NCBI GenBank assembly: GCA_944385325.1
Contig: CALWWT010000199.1
Span: forward strand, 1 to 32,562
Reading direction: 5' to 3'
From: an uncultured Clostridia bacterium
GTDB taxonomy: Bacteria; Bacillota; Clostridia; Oscillospirales; Ruminococcaceae
DNA length: 32,562 nt
The notes beneath the pieces were generated by a model. It had not been told where the DNA came from, did not search any database, and saw only the letters and a list, made by a program, of their open reading frames with translations. The position numbers and the translations under genes are program-made. Each line of letters begins with the position of its first letter. Positions within the stretch are counted from its first letter, which is position 1. Positions 8,965 through 16,178 of this stretch are shown one piece after another.

Positions 8965-9174
8965 GCGTCTGGAAAAGAAGAGACCAGCGGAGATTACTCA
9001 GCATATGAAACTGTCAAAAACACTGCGGTGAATGGAATGGCTGTTACAATGAAAGGAAATGGTAATTCAGTTTACCTTGCAGTCTGGCAGAAAGACGGAT
9101 ATTCGTATTCGGTCTCTTCGGAATCGGGGCTGAGCCGTGCCAAAATGTCCAATATCATCCGCAATATCAGATAA
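8965..9174 (+). pseudogene. C-terminal fragment of a DUF4367-type protein
   Basis: The tail of ORF 8740..9174 reads SGDYSAYETVKNTAVNGMAVTMKGNGNSVYLAVWQKDGYSYSVSSESGLSRAKMSNIIRNI. This matches the remembered DUF4367 C-terminal pattern (GDY-xYE, V-G, VT-KG, LA-W, DGYSYS, GLS, M). No N-terminal part, start codon or SD is present. Confidence 0.5.
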
Positions 9175-9243
9175 CGCTGTATCCTGAAAAACCACCTGAT
9201 GCGTTGCCAGAAAAAATTTGACACTTTTTATAAAACGCAAAAC

Positions 9244-9273
9244 GGGCAGCAGACTGTCAAAAGCCTGCTGCCC
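9244..9273 (-). terminator. rho-independent terminator after the BCCT gene
   Basis: GGGCAGCAG (loop of 12 nt) CTGCTGCCC. On the minus strand it is followed by GTTTTGCGTTTTAT, and it sits 25 nt after the BCCT stop. Confidence 0.7.
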
Positions 9274-9297
9274 GAAGACATGAAGACATTATGTAAA

Positions 9298-10896
9298 TTA
9301 CGTTTCACAACCAGAACCGTTTTCTTCCGGCTGTACAGTTGTTTCTGTTTTTCCGCCCATCTGACCGCGGCGCAGGTTCCGGAGAAATCCCGCGATAATC
9401 ACGCCGATAATGATCATGATCGGGAAAGCCGCGCAGATCGACAGCGTTTGCAGCATCGACAAGGTAGACTGGTTGAACAGCAGCGCAATCGGCAGTACAA
9501 TAAAGACAATACTCCAGAAAATGCGGAGCTTTTTGCCAGGTTCTTCGTCCTCGCCAATATTTTTGACCGAGTAGGACGCAATAACCATCGTCAGTGCGTC
9601 AAAAGTCGAGGCGTAAAACGCCACCATTGCCAGTACCAGCAGAACCAGCGCTACACCGGGAACCGGCAGATGATCAAAAATCGCCAGAATCGCACTGGAC
9701 GGACTTTCTGCCAGAATTTTGGAAGCGATATCCGCTTCACCGGTCACCTGCAAATGCAGACCGAAATTGCCAAAGACAATAAAGGAAAGGAAGGTTGCCG
9801 ATACGCCGGCAACATAGGCGCCCAGAATCGTCTGACGGATGGTGCGTCCTTCACTGATCTTGCCGATAAAGAAGGGGGTTGCAACCGACCAGCTGATCCA
9901 GTATGCCCAATAGAAGATCGTCCAGTTCTGCGGGAAACCGGCAACGCCGTCACCCGACAGCCGAAGCGGGTCCATCCAGGTGGACATCGAGATAAAATTT
10001 TGCGCAACATTGCCGATTGCGGTAATACCGGTTTCAATAATATACTTGGTCGGACCGCAGAAAAGGAAAATTGCCATCAGCGCAAAGAAAAGCCCGATAC
10101 AGATATTGGACAGCTTGGAAATGCCTTTCATTCCGAACATAACCGCCAATGTAAAAACGACCGCAATGAATACCAGCACTACAATCGAAAGCAGATTGCT
10201 CTCCTGCAGACCGGTCACCTCAGCCAGGGCTCCGGAAAGCAGCGGAGTTGCCGTGCTGAAGGTTGTAGCCGTCGCTGCCAGAAGACCGATAATCGCAAAC
10301 AGGTCGATCGCCTTGCCAAGTTTACCGTCCACCCGGTTTCCCAAAATCGGGCGGCAGGCTTCACTCATCCGCTGCCGCGGCGATTTTTTGACATGCATCA
10401 TATACCCATATGCCGCTGCCGGCAGAATATAAAATGCCCAAGGAATCGGTCCCCAGTGGAACAGCGGATAGGAAGAAGCCCAGTCCTGTTTCTCTGCCAG
10501 TGTCATAGCCTCCATCGCAAAAGGTGCCTCACTATAATAATAGCTCCATTCGCACAGCGACCAATACAGGATATCTGCTGCCATCGTAGAGGTAAAAATC
10601 ATCGCACCCCAGGTAAAGGTAGAATAACGCGGCCTTTCCCGCTTGCCAAGACGGATATTGCCGTATTTGGAAAATGCTATACCGAGCGACAAAACCAGTA
10701 CGCCTAATCCAAAAATCATGTAAATACTGCCAAGGTCATTGACCAGCAGGTTGCGCATCGCGCCGATCACCGCTTCCGCCTGCTGCGGACGCAGCAGCAG
10801 ATAGACAGACATAGCGACAATGGCTAAAAGCGGAAAAATTGTAATACCCCAGTCAATCTGCTGTTTTTTCTGAGGGGATGCATTTTTCTTTTGCAT
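9298..10896 (-). CDS. BCCT family (betaine/carnitine/choline) transporter
   Basis: 532 aa and polytopic. It contains the BCCT signature region WTIFYWAYWISWSVATPFFIGKISEGRTIRQ. An SD (AGGAG) lies upstream, 30 nt downstream of the LicC/LicA fusion gene. Confidence 0.9.
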   Translation of the reverse strand: MQKKNASPQKKQQIDWGITIFPLLAIVAMSVYLLLRPQQAEAVIGAMRNLLVNDLGSIYMIFGLGVLVLSLGIAFSKYGNIRLGKRERPRYSTFTWGAMIFTSTMAADILYWSLCEWSYYYSEAPFAMEAMTLAEKQDWASSYPLFHWGPIPWAFYILPAAAYGYMMHVKKSPRQRMSEACRPILGNRVDGKLGKAIDLFAIIGLLAATATTFSTATPLLSGALAEVTGLQESNLLSIVVLVFIAVVFTLAVMFGMKGISKLSNICIGLFFALMAIFLFCGPTKYIIETGITAIGNVAQNFISMSTWMDPLRLSGDGVAGFPQNWTIFYWAYWISWSVATPFFIGKISEGRTIRQTILGAYVAGVSATFLSFIVFGNFGLHLQVTGEADIASKILAESPSSAILAIFDHLPVPGVALVLLVLAMVAFYASTFDALTMVIASYSVKNIGEDEEPGKKLRIFWSIVFIVLPIALLFNQSTLSMLQTLSICAAFPIMIIIGVIIAGFLRNLRRGQMGGKTETTVQPEENGSGCET

Positions 10897-10926
10897 GGTT
10901 CTCTTCTCCTGTCCGTTGCAGTAGCT

Positions 10927-12795
10927 TTAAAAGCGTTTTTCCCAAAGATCGATGTTTTTCTGTGCCCGGGTAAACCGGTCGAGACCATAGGTACCAAAAT
11001 TATCGCCTCTGGATTCTTTCAGTACCGTCCAGGTGCTCCACAGATAATCCTGCAAAATCTTAAAAATCAGGATTTTTTCCCGTGAAGCAGCCGGCTGCGG
11101 AGCTTCACCATAGTAGTAATGGAAAAACAGTTCCTCATCCTCCGCGGTAAAGTCGTTTTCCAGAAACAATGCCGCGATATCGAACATCGGGTCATTGGTG
11201 CCGGAATATTCCCAGTCGATCAGATATATTCTACCGGTCACGCTGTTTTTGACCAGATTGGCGGCAACCAGATCGTTATGACAGGGCAGCTGTTCCCAAC
11301 CCAGTTCAGTGAGGCGCGGACGCAGTATTGCGTATACCTTGCGCTTGAGCGCCGCAAAACCCGGATACATCCTGCCAGGATCATCCAGCAGCTTTTCATA
11401 CCGCACCGCTTCTTCAAACACATCAAATCTATTCTCCCATACAATGTCCGACCGGTGCAGCCGTCCTAAAATATCCGCCGCCAGCGCCATATTTTCCTCA
11501 AGCCGAACCGTCCGTGGAGTCAATGTCTCCGCATTTTCGATGTAGCTGCTCAGTTTGACGCCGGTCTTTTCATTACAGTAAACAAGATGGCAGTTGAAGC
11601 CATAGTCTGACGCCACCTGTGCGTTGCGTTTTTCGTTGACGCGGTTGATCATGCTCTCGGTCATCCTGCCGGGAAGCCGCAGGATATACCGCCCGGAAGA
11701 GGCCTGGATCAGATAGTTTGTATTGGTCAAACCGCCCGCAAACTGGACTTCCTGTACCTCGTCACCCGGCAGGATCTTGCGCATGGTATCCCGGGCAAAC
11801 TGCTCCTGCATCTGGCGCTCCTTGCGCTCGATGCGGGAATAGGTCAGCCGCAGAAGCTCGCGGTAATCGTCCTGCGATTCGATCTTTCCCCAGCAGAGGT
11901 CATCCACCATCACGCCGGTAAACCGATAAATCCGTCCGACGCTTTCCATGACATATTCATAGCTGATCAGCGGATTCAGATTCTGAGAGAAATACTCCAT
12001 CATCCGCTCAAAGCCTTCTATTGAAATGCGTGCAATACCGGTCATCTCGCCCTGTACCCGGTTGATCTGCCGGATATCTTTGGAAAAGCGGAAGATACAT
12101 CCGTTTTCATCCAGCTCCGCAAGCAGTTCATCGCTGCCGCCGCCCGGAGCTGTCAATAGTGCCGCAAAAGGTGCCCGTGTCTCGACCAGCGATTGAATTG
12201 CCCTCTGTTCAAAAACCAGGTCGGATTTAATGACAATAAAGGAGTGGACATTCCATTCCTTCAGTGACTTTTCCGCCAACGCCAGACCGCTCATCGTACC
12301 ATTCCACTTATACCGTTCATTATGCAGAACCGCAATATCCGAACGGTTGCCCAGATGCTGACGGATCATTTCGTCCTGCCATCCGGTCACAATGATCGTC
12401 CGTTTGATCCCACATACTGCCAATACACCGAGCATTCTGTCCAACAGCGTCTGACCTTCCTCACCCAGCGGCTGCAAACAGACAGGACGGTCAAAACCCG
12501 GACGTTTGCCTCCGGCAAGGATAACCGCTGTATCCGCCCTTTCGGATGGCGGAAGGGTCAGTTTCACGCCGCTGCGGGAAAGCAGCATCTGTTCCAGCAG
12601 CCGGTGTCCTTTGTCTGTCAGGGTCAGACGGGACTTTTTACCTTCCCGTCCGGCAATCAAATACCCATCCTGTTCTGCGCTGCGGATCAGCCCGTTCACC
12701 TTTCCGACCGAAATGCCGGTAACGGCAGCAAGGGTTCTCTGATCAATCACGGGGGTTGCGCTGACCGCGCTGAGCAGTGTAAAAATCTGTTCCAA
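10927..12795 (-). CDS. three-domain fusion: winged-helix (MarR-like) domain, LicC-like nucleotidyltransferase, and LicA-like choline kinase
   Basis: ORF 10927..12909, re-started at TTG 12795, which has AAAGGAGGG 6 nt upstream. The upstream 114 nt of the ORF is a promoter. wHTH: QRTLAAVTGISVGKVNGLIRSAEQDGYLIAG. NTP-transferase: AVILAGGKRPGF followed by the TGW, SDLVF and GEMTGIA segments. Choline kinase: GLTNTNYLI, HNDLVAANLV, IDWEYSGTNDPMFDIAALF. Confidence 0.8.
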   Translation of the reverse strand: MEQIFTLLSAVSATPVIDQRTLAAVTGISVGKVNGLIRSAEQDGYLIAGREGKKSRLTLTDKGHRLLEQMLLSRSGVKLTLPPSERADTAVILAGGKRPGFDRPVCLQPLGEEGQTLLDRMLGVLAVCGIKRTIIVTGWQDEMIRQHLGNRSDIAVLHNERYKWNGTMSGLALAEKSLKEWNVHSFIVIKSDLVFEQRAIQSLVETRAPFAALLTAPGGGSDELLAELDENGCIFRFSKDIRQINRVQGEMTGIARISIEGFERMMEYFSQNLNPLISYEYVMESVGRIYRFTGVMVDDLCWGKIESQDDYRELLRLTYSRIERKERQMQEQFARDTMRKILPGDEVQEVQFAGGLTNTNYLIQASSGRYILRLPGRMTESMINRVNEKRNAQVASDYGFNCHLVYCNEKTGVKLSSYIENAETLTPRTVRLEENMALAADILGRLHRSDIVWENRFDVFEEAVRYEKLLDDPGRMYPGFAALKRKVYAILRPRLTELGWEQLPCHNDLVAANLVKNSVTGRIYLIDWEYSGTNDPMFDIAALFLENDFTAEDEELFFHYYYGEAPQPAASREKILIFKILQDYLWSTWTVLKESRGDNFGTYGLDRFTRAQKNIDLWEKRF

Positions 12796-12845
12796 AATAT
12801 GCCCTCCTTTTTGTTGGGGCAGGTTGTTGTTAGGATTATTTCTAT

Positions 12846-12877
12846 CGTTCATTTTTTGAACGTTCACAATATGAACA
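12846..12877. promoter_or_regulatory. two overlapping 17-bp palindromic operators, CGTTCA-N5-TGAACG and CGTTCA-N5-TGAACA
   Basis: On the plus strand, CGTTCAtttttTGAACG is at 12846..12862 and CGTTCAcaataTGAACA at 12861..12877. They abut the -10 box of the licCA-type promoter and cover the expected transcription start. Confidence 0.55.
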
Positions 12878-12905
12878 TTATAATCCTTTTTCTCGCCCCT
12901 GTCAA
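12877..12905 (-). promoter_or_regulatory. consensus sigma-A promoter of the wHTH-LicC-LicA/BCCT operon
   Basis: The minus strand reads TTGACA (12905..12900), an exact 17-nt spacer, then TATAAT (12882..12877). Confidence 0.65.
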
Positions 12906-12957
12906 CCATCCGTCTATAATTTGAGAGAAAAATTATCGCCGTATATGCAAAAATATC

Positions 12958-12986
12958 TGGTCAATTTGAACGAAATATGCTATAAT
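12958..12986 (+). promoter_or_regulatory. promoter of the REC-HD-GYP-PAS-GGDEF gene
   Basis: TGGTCA (12958..12963), a 17-nt spacer, then TGcTATAAT (extended -10, TATAAT at 12981..12986). It is flanked by a further TGAACG (12967..12972) and CGTTCA (12992..12997). Confidence 0.5.
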
Positions 12987-13058
12987 GATACCGTTCACAA
13001 ATAATATTGCCAACTGTTATCTGACAGCATATCACAGTCTTGCGGAGGAATCGCTGTA

Positions 13059-15146
13059 ATGCAAAAGCCAAAAATCCTGATCGTCGACGAATATGAGATC
13101 AATCGCGCTATTCTGAGCGAACTGTTTTGCAGAGAATTTGATATTCTGGAAGCGGACAGCTGTGAAAAGGCGCTGCAGCTGATCACCCAGCCGGGACTCT
13201 GTCTGATTTTCCTCGACGCGCAAATAGCAGACATGGGCGCACAGTTCTTTTTACATAAAGCCAGAGAACTGGGGATTTCTGACAAAACGCCAATACTGCT
13301 TCTGGTCAGTTCCAGTATGGATGAGAAAGTACAAAGTCTGCTGGGAGATGTATTCGACGTCATTTACAAGCCATTTCATCCCGGTATTATCCGACGGCGC
13401 GTCTCCCGGATACTGGAAGCAGTCCAGCTGGAAGGCGACACCGGGCAGCTGGTACAGGCAAGACTGTCCCAACTGCTGCAATGGAGAAAAAAAAGGGAAC
13501 TTTCCGATTATATGATCATTGACGCATTGAGTACCGTACTGGAATTCCGGACGCTCGACTCTGGCGGACATGTCCAGCGCATCCGGCTGCTGACCCGGCA
13601 GCTGCTTCAGGAAGTTTCCAGACGGTACCGACAGTATCAGCTTACAGATGAGATTATAGAAGAAATCGGACTTGCCGCCATGATGCATGATGTTGGAAAA
13701 ATTGCTGTGCCCGACAATATTCTGGAAAAACCGGGTCCGCTCAGCGAACAGGAATATGAGCAAGCCAGACAGCATACAACATATGGCACCCACCTTTTGA
13801 AAAGCATCGGATATTTTGATGACCAGCCGGCAAGCAGCTACTATTATGACGTCTGCCGCTGGCACCATGAGCGCTGGAACGGAAGCGGTTACCCGGACGG
13901 ATTGGCAGGAAACGAAATTCCCATCTGGGCACAGGCTGTTGGGCTTGCAGACTGTTATGACACCCTGGTCAACCGCCGGGTATATAAGCCTGCTTATGAT
14001 CACAAGGAAGCCGTCCGGATGATCCTGAATGGTGACTGCGGCAGCTTTAACCCGCAGCTGCTGGACATTTTCCGGGATATTGAACAGCAGTTTTATGAAG
14101 TGATTCTGCAAAGCGGTCTTCTGCCCGAAAAAGAAAAGCCCTGTGAAAACAGCAATTGTTCCTGTTCCGCCGGGCCATACCTGCAAAATCCGATCGTATA
14201 CGAAAGGACTATTACCGAACGGGTCAACCGCCTGCTGCATCAGGAACAGCTTAAATATCAGAAGCTGGCAGATCTTTCACAGGAGATCACCTTTATCTGG
14301 GACAGGGAAAGTAATCTGCTGCGTTTTTCCAGTGAATTTTCACGGGTTTTTGGCGAAGACAGTGTTTTCAAAAATGCTGCTTCTTTGCTGGATCAGTCAA
14401 ACAGCCTGCTTCCCGATAAGGACCGGCAGCTGCTCAAAAACCGGCTGAAAAGCCTTCCTCCGCGTACCGATCATATCCAAATCCAGTTACAGCTGATCCA
14501 TTCCGATGGAAAGCCGCGCTGGTATGAGGTTTACATCCGTTTCTTCTGGGACGAGACAGGATACAGTCAAAGCTTTTGTACCAGTTTTATTGGAAAACTG
14601 ACCTGCATCGATGAACGGAAACAACAGACGCTGCAATGGAAACAGGAAGCAACTTATGACTATCTGACCGGGCTGTACCGCAGAAGCAGCTTGGAACTGG
14701 CATTACAGCAGCTGACCGAAAGCAAGGAGCAGTTTGCTGTAATGTATATGGACGTCGACCATTTCAAACAGATCAATGACCAGCGCGGTCACCTGTTTGG
14801 CGATAAATTCCTCAAATCTTTTGCGGATGCACTGCGCAGCAACCTGCGTTCGACCGACCTTACTGCAAGGGTCGGCGGAGACGAATTTGTAGCTGTGCTA
14901 AAAGCACTGCCGGATGCTTCGATTGCGCTGAAAAAAGCACATCAGCTTTCTGTTGCGTTCCGGCAGATCCCGGATATCGATGGAACAACAGGCGTATTTT
15001 CAGGAAGTATTGGAATTGCCATCTACCCGGAAGACGGGCAGACACCAGAGCAGCTGCTGATGCGGGCAGACAGGGCACTTTATTGGTGCAAAAATGATCC
15101 TGAGATAGATTATGCCCGATATACACCTGATATGGAAACGGAATAA
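13059..15146 (+). CDS. response-regulator receiver, HD-GYP, PAS and GGDEF multidomain c-di-GMP turnover protein
   Basis: REC: ILIVDE, FLDAQI, VIYKPF. HD-GYP: MMHDVGKIAVPD and CRWHHERWNGSGYPDGL. A PAS-like middle region follows. GGDEF: RVGGDEFV, preceded by an RxxD I-site (RSTD) 5 residues upstream. Confidence 0.85.
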   Translation: MQKPKILIVDEYEINRAILSELFCREFDILEADSCEKALQLITQPGLCLIFLDAQIADMGAQFFLHKARELGISDKTPILLLVSSSMDEKVQSLLGDVFDVIYKPFHPGIIRRRVSRILEAVQLEGDTGQLVQARLSQLLQWRKKRELSDYMIIDALSTVLEFRTLDSGGHVQRIRLLTRQLLQEVSRRYRQYQLTDEIIEEIGLAAMMHDVGKIAVPDNILEKPGPLSEQEYEQARQHTTYGTHLLKSIGYFDDQPASSYYYDVCRWHHERWNGSGYPDGLAGNEIPIWAQAVGLADCYDTLVNRRVYKPAYDHKEAVRMILNGDCGSFNPQLLDIFRDIEQQFYEVILQSGLLPEKEKPCENSNCSCSAGPYLQNPIVYERTITERVNRLLHQEQLKYQKLADLSQEITFIWDRESNLLRFSSEFSRVFGEDSVFKNAASLLDQSNSLLPDKDRQLLKNRLKSLPPRTDHIQIQLQLIHSDGKPRWYEVYIRFFWDETGYSQSFCTSFIGKLTCIDERKQQTLQWKQEATYDYLTGLYRRSSLELALQQLTESKEQFAVMYMDVDHFKQINDQRGHLFGDKFLKSFADALRSNLRSTDLTARVGGDEFVAVLKALPDASIALKKAHQLSVAFRQIPDIDGTTGVFSGSIGIAIYPEDGQTPEQLLMRADRALYWCKNDPEIDYARYTPDMETE

Positions 15147-15185
15147 ACAAACTGTGTATCCTGAAAAGAAGCATGGAAAACAGAA

Positions 15186-15526
15186 AAGCAGGCAGCCCGG
15201 GCAAAAATGCCGGACTGTCCGCCCGAGCTTGTCGAAAAAGTATTTTGGAGAATTTTTAAAATCGCCAAAATTCAACTAAAGTTTACCATAAGGCGGAAAG
15301 CAGGTCCAGGGGCGGACGGTTCGCGTTGCGAACCAGACAGTTTGCCAGCAAACTGTACGGCTTTCTAGGAAAGCCTTCCCTGGGCGCGCGTAAGCGCGCA
15401 ACCCCCCTAAAAAACGCCGCCATTGCCCATGCGAAGCATGGCAATGGCGGAAAAAGAGAACGAGCGATTGATTTTATCGACAGTCTGAAGCGGGCAGCCC
15501 GGGCAAAAATGCCGGACTGTCCGCCC
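15186..15526 (+). repeat. copy A of the hairpin-rich intergenic element (core 15225..15487) with its 39-nt flanking direct duplication
   Basis: Direct repeats are 15186..15224 and 15488..15526 (38/39 identical). The core shares modules with 23315..23535 (inverted) and 17788..17894. Hairpins lie at 15318..15334, 15338..15355, 15359..15375, 15384..15399 and 15417..15450, with a closing stem 15305..15311 paired to 15378..15384. Confidence 0.8.
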
Positions 15527-15566
15527 ATTTGTTTTTCAAGAACTATTTTTCAGATAAATGTTTTGA

Positions 15567-16004
15567 TCAGTCTCCCTCGATCAGAATAGTATTCTTGTGC
15601 GGAAGCTGGCGCTGTTGTTTCGGCAGATTCATCGTCAGGATGCCATCTTCCATTTTTGCTTTGATATCCTCGCCGCGGACGGATTCACCAATATAAAAGC
15701 TGCGGCTGCATTTTCCCGTCCAGCGTTCACGGCGGATATATCCGGAATTCTGCTGAGTGTCATCCCTATCCAGCCCCTTGGAAGCTGTAATGGTCAAATA
15801 ACCGTTTTCCAGTTCAATGGAAACATCCTCTTTCTTAAAGCCCGGCAGATCAATTGCAACTTCATAATGGTCTTCCTGTTCGCGGACGTCCGTTTTCATC
15901 AGGTTCTTTTCATTTTTACCATAAAGCGGATTGCGGCCGGGGAAGAAATCCTTATCAAACCAATCATCAAACAGGTTTTCACCAAAAATACTGGGCATTA
16001 ACAT
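15567..16004 (-). CDS. Hsp20/alpha-crystallin family small heat-shock protein
   Basis: 145 aa. The alpha-crystallin core is MKTDVREQEDHYEVAIDLPGFKKEDVSIELENGYLTITA. The C-terminal end reads GILTMNLPK. GGAGG lies 8 nt upstream. Confidence 0.9.
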   Translation of the reverse strand: MLMPSIFGENLFDDWFDKDFFPGRNPLYGKNEKNLMKTDVREQEDHYEVAIDLPGFKKEDVSIELENGYLTITASKGLDRDDTQQNSGYIRRERWTGKCSRSFYIGESVRGEDIKAKMEDGILTMNLPKQQRQLPHKNTILIEGD

Positions 16005-16136
16005 AAATCATTCCTCCAATCAGGTATATAACATGTAATTTTAATAACCGTTTTTCGCGGCAGAACAGTCCGGCATTCAGCTGCCTGGTGAACCGTCATC
16101 CTCTCTTAAGGATCTCTTGTTCTCTGTTCTGATTCT

Positions 16137-16164
16137 ATTATACCACAAAAATTAGCACTGTCAA
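16137..16164 (-). promoter_or_regulatory. hsp20 promoter
   Basis: The minus strand reads TTGACA (16164..16159), a 16-nt spacer, then TGgTATAAT (TATAAT at 16142..16137). The -35 box lies inside the CIRCE spacer. Confidence 0.6.
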
Positions 16165-16178
16165 CACAAGAGTGCTAA
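16152..16178. promoter_or_regulatory. CIRCE element (HrcA operator)
   Basis: TTAGCACTG-tcaacacaa-GAGTGCTAA compared with the consensus TTAGCACTC-N9-GAGTGCTAA shows one mismatch in 18 conserved positions. Confidence 0.85.

Noticed and set aside
9199-10707. 502-aa plus-strand ORF antisense to the BCCT gene. Similar long antisense ORFs occur at 3244..4077, 4170..5189, 13251..14240, 16458..17321, 18903..19838, 21419..22297, 25180..26412, 26751..27596 and 29560..30573.
   Set aside because: Their translations are low-complexity and R/Q/H/N/C-rich, with no SD and no recognisable motifs. Each lies opposite a gene with clear family signatures. They are shadow ORFs of the true coding strand.
12796-12909. 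N-terminal 38 codons of the supplied ORF 10927..12909.
   Set aside because: This stretch contains a perfect TTGACA-N17-TATAAT promoter and palindromic operators. Neither ATG has an SD. By contrast, TTG 12795 is preceded by AAAGGAGGG at ideal spacing and begins exactly at the wHTH domain.
15417-15450. The 34-nt hairpin of copy A, together with the element's position at terminators, recalled group II intron domain V and class C intron targeting of terminator hairpins.
   Set aside because: Copies B and C have different loop sizes (10 and 7 nt). The bulge is on the wrong strand, there is no AGC/CGC triad arrangement, and the element (220-265 nt) is far too small. Group II insertion also does not duplicate the target.
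15186-15526. The possibility that the 38-39-nt direct repeats are a mini CRISPR array.
   Set aside because: Only two copies occur per locus. The repeats at the two loci are unrelated. The spacer between them is the same conserved element at both loci. No cas genes are present.
15283-15589. 81-aa and 87-aa ORFs inside repeat copy A, and the 110-aa ORF 23188..23520 inside copy B, whose translations look similar (LSIKSIARxLFPPLPCxAWAMAAF).
   Set aside because: The similarity is a by-product of nucleotide identity. A 42-nt indel and other changes shift the frame between copies. There is no SD. The conserved positions coincide with hairpin stems rather than codons.
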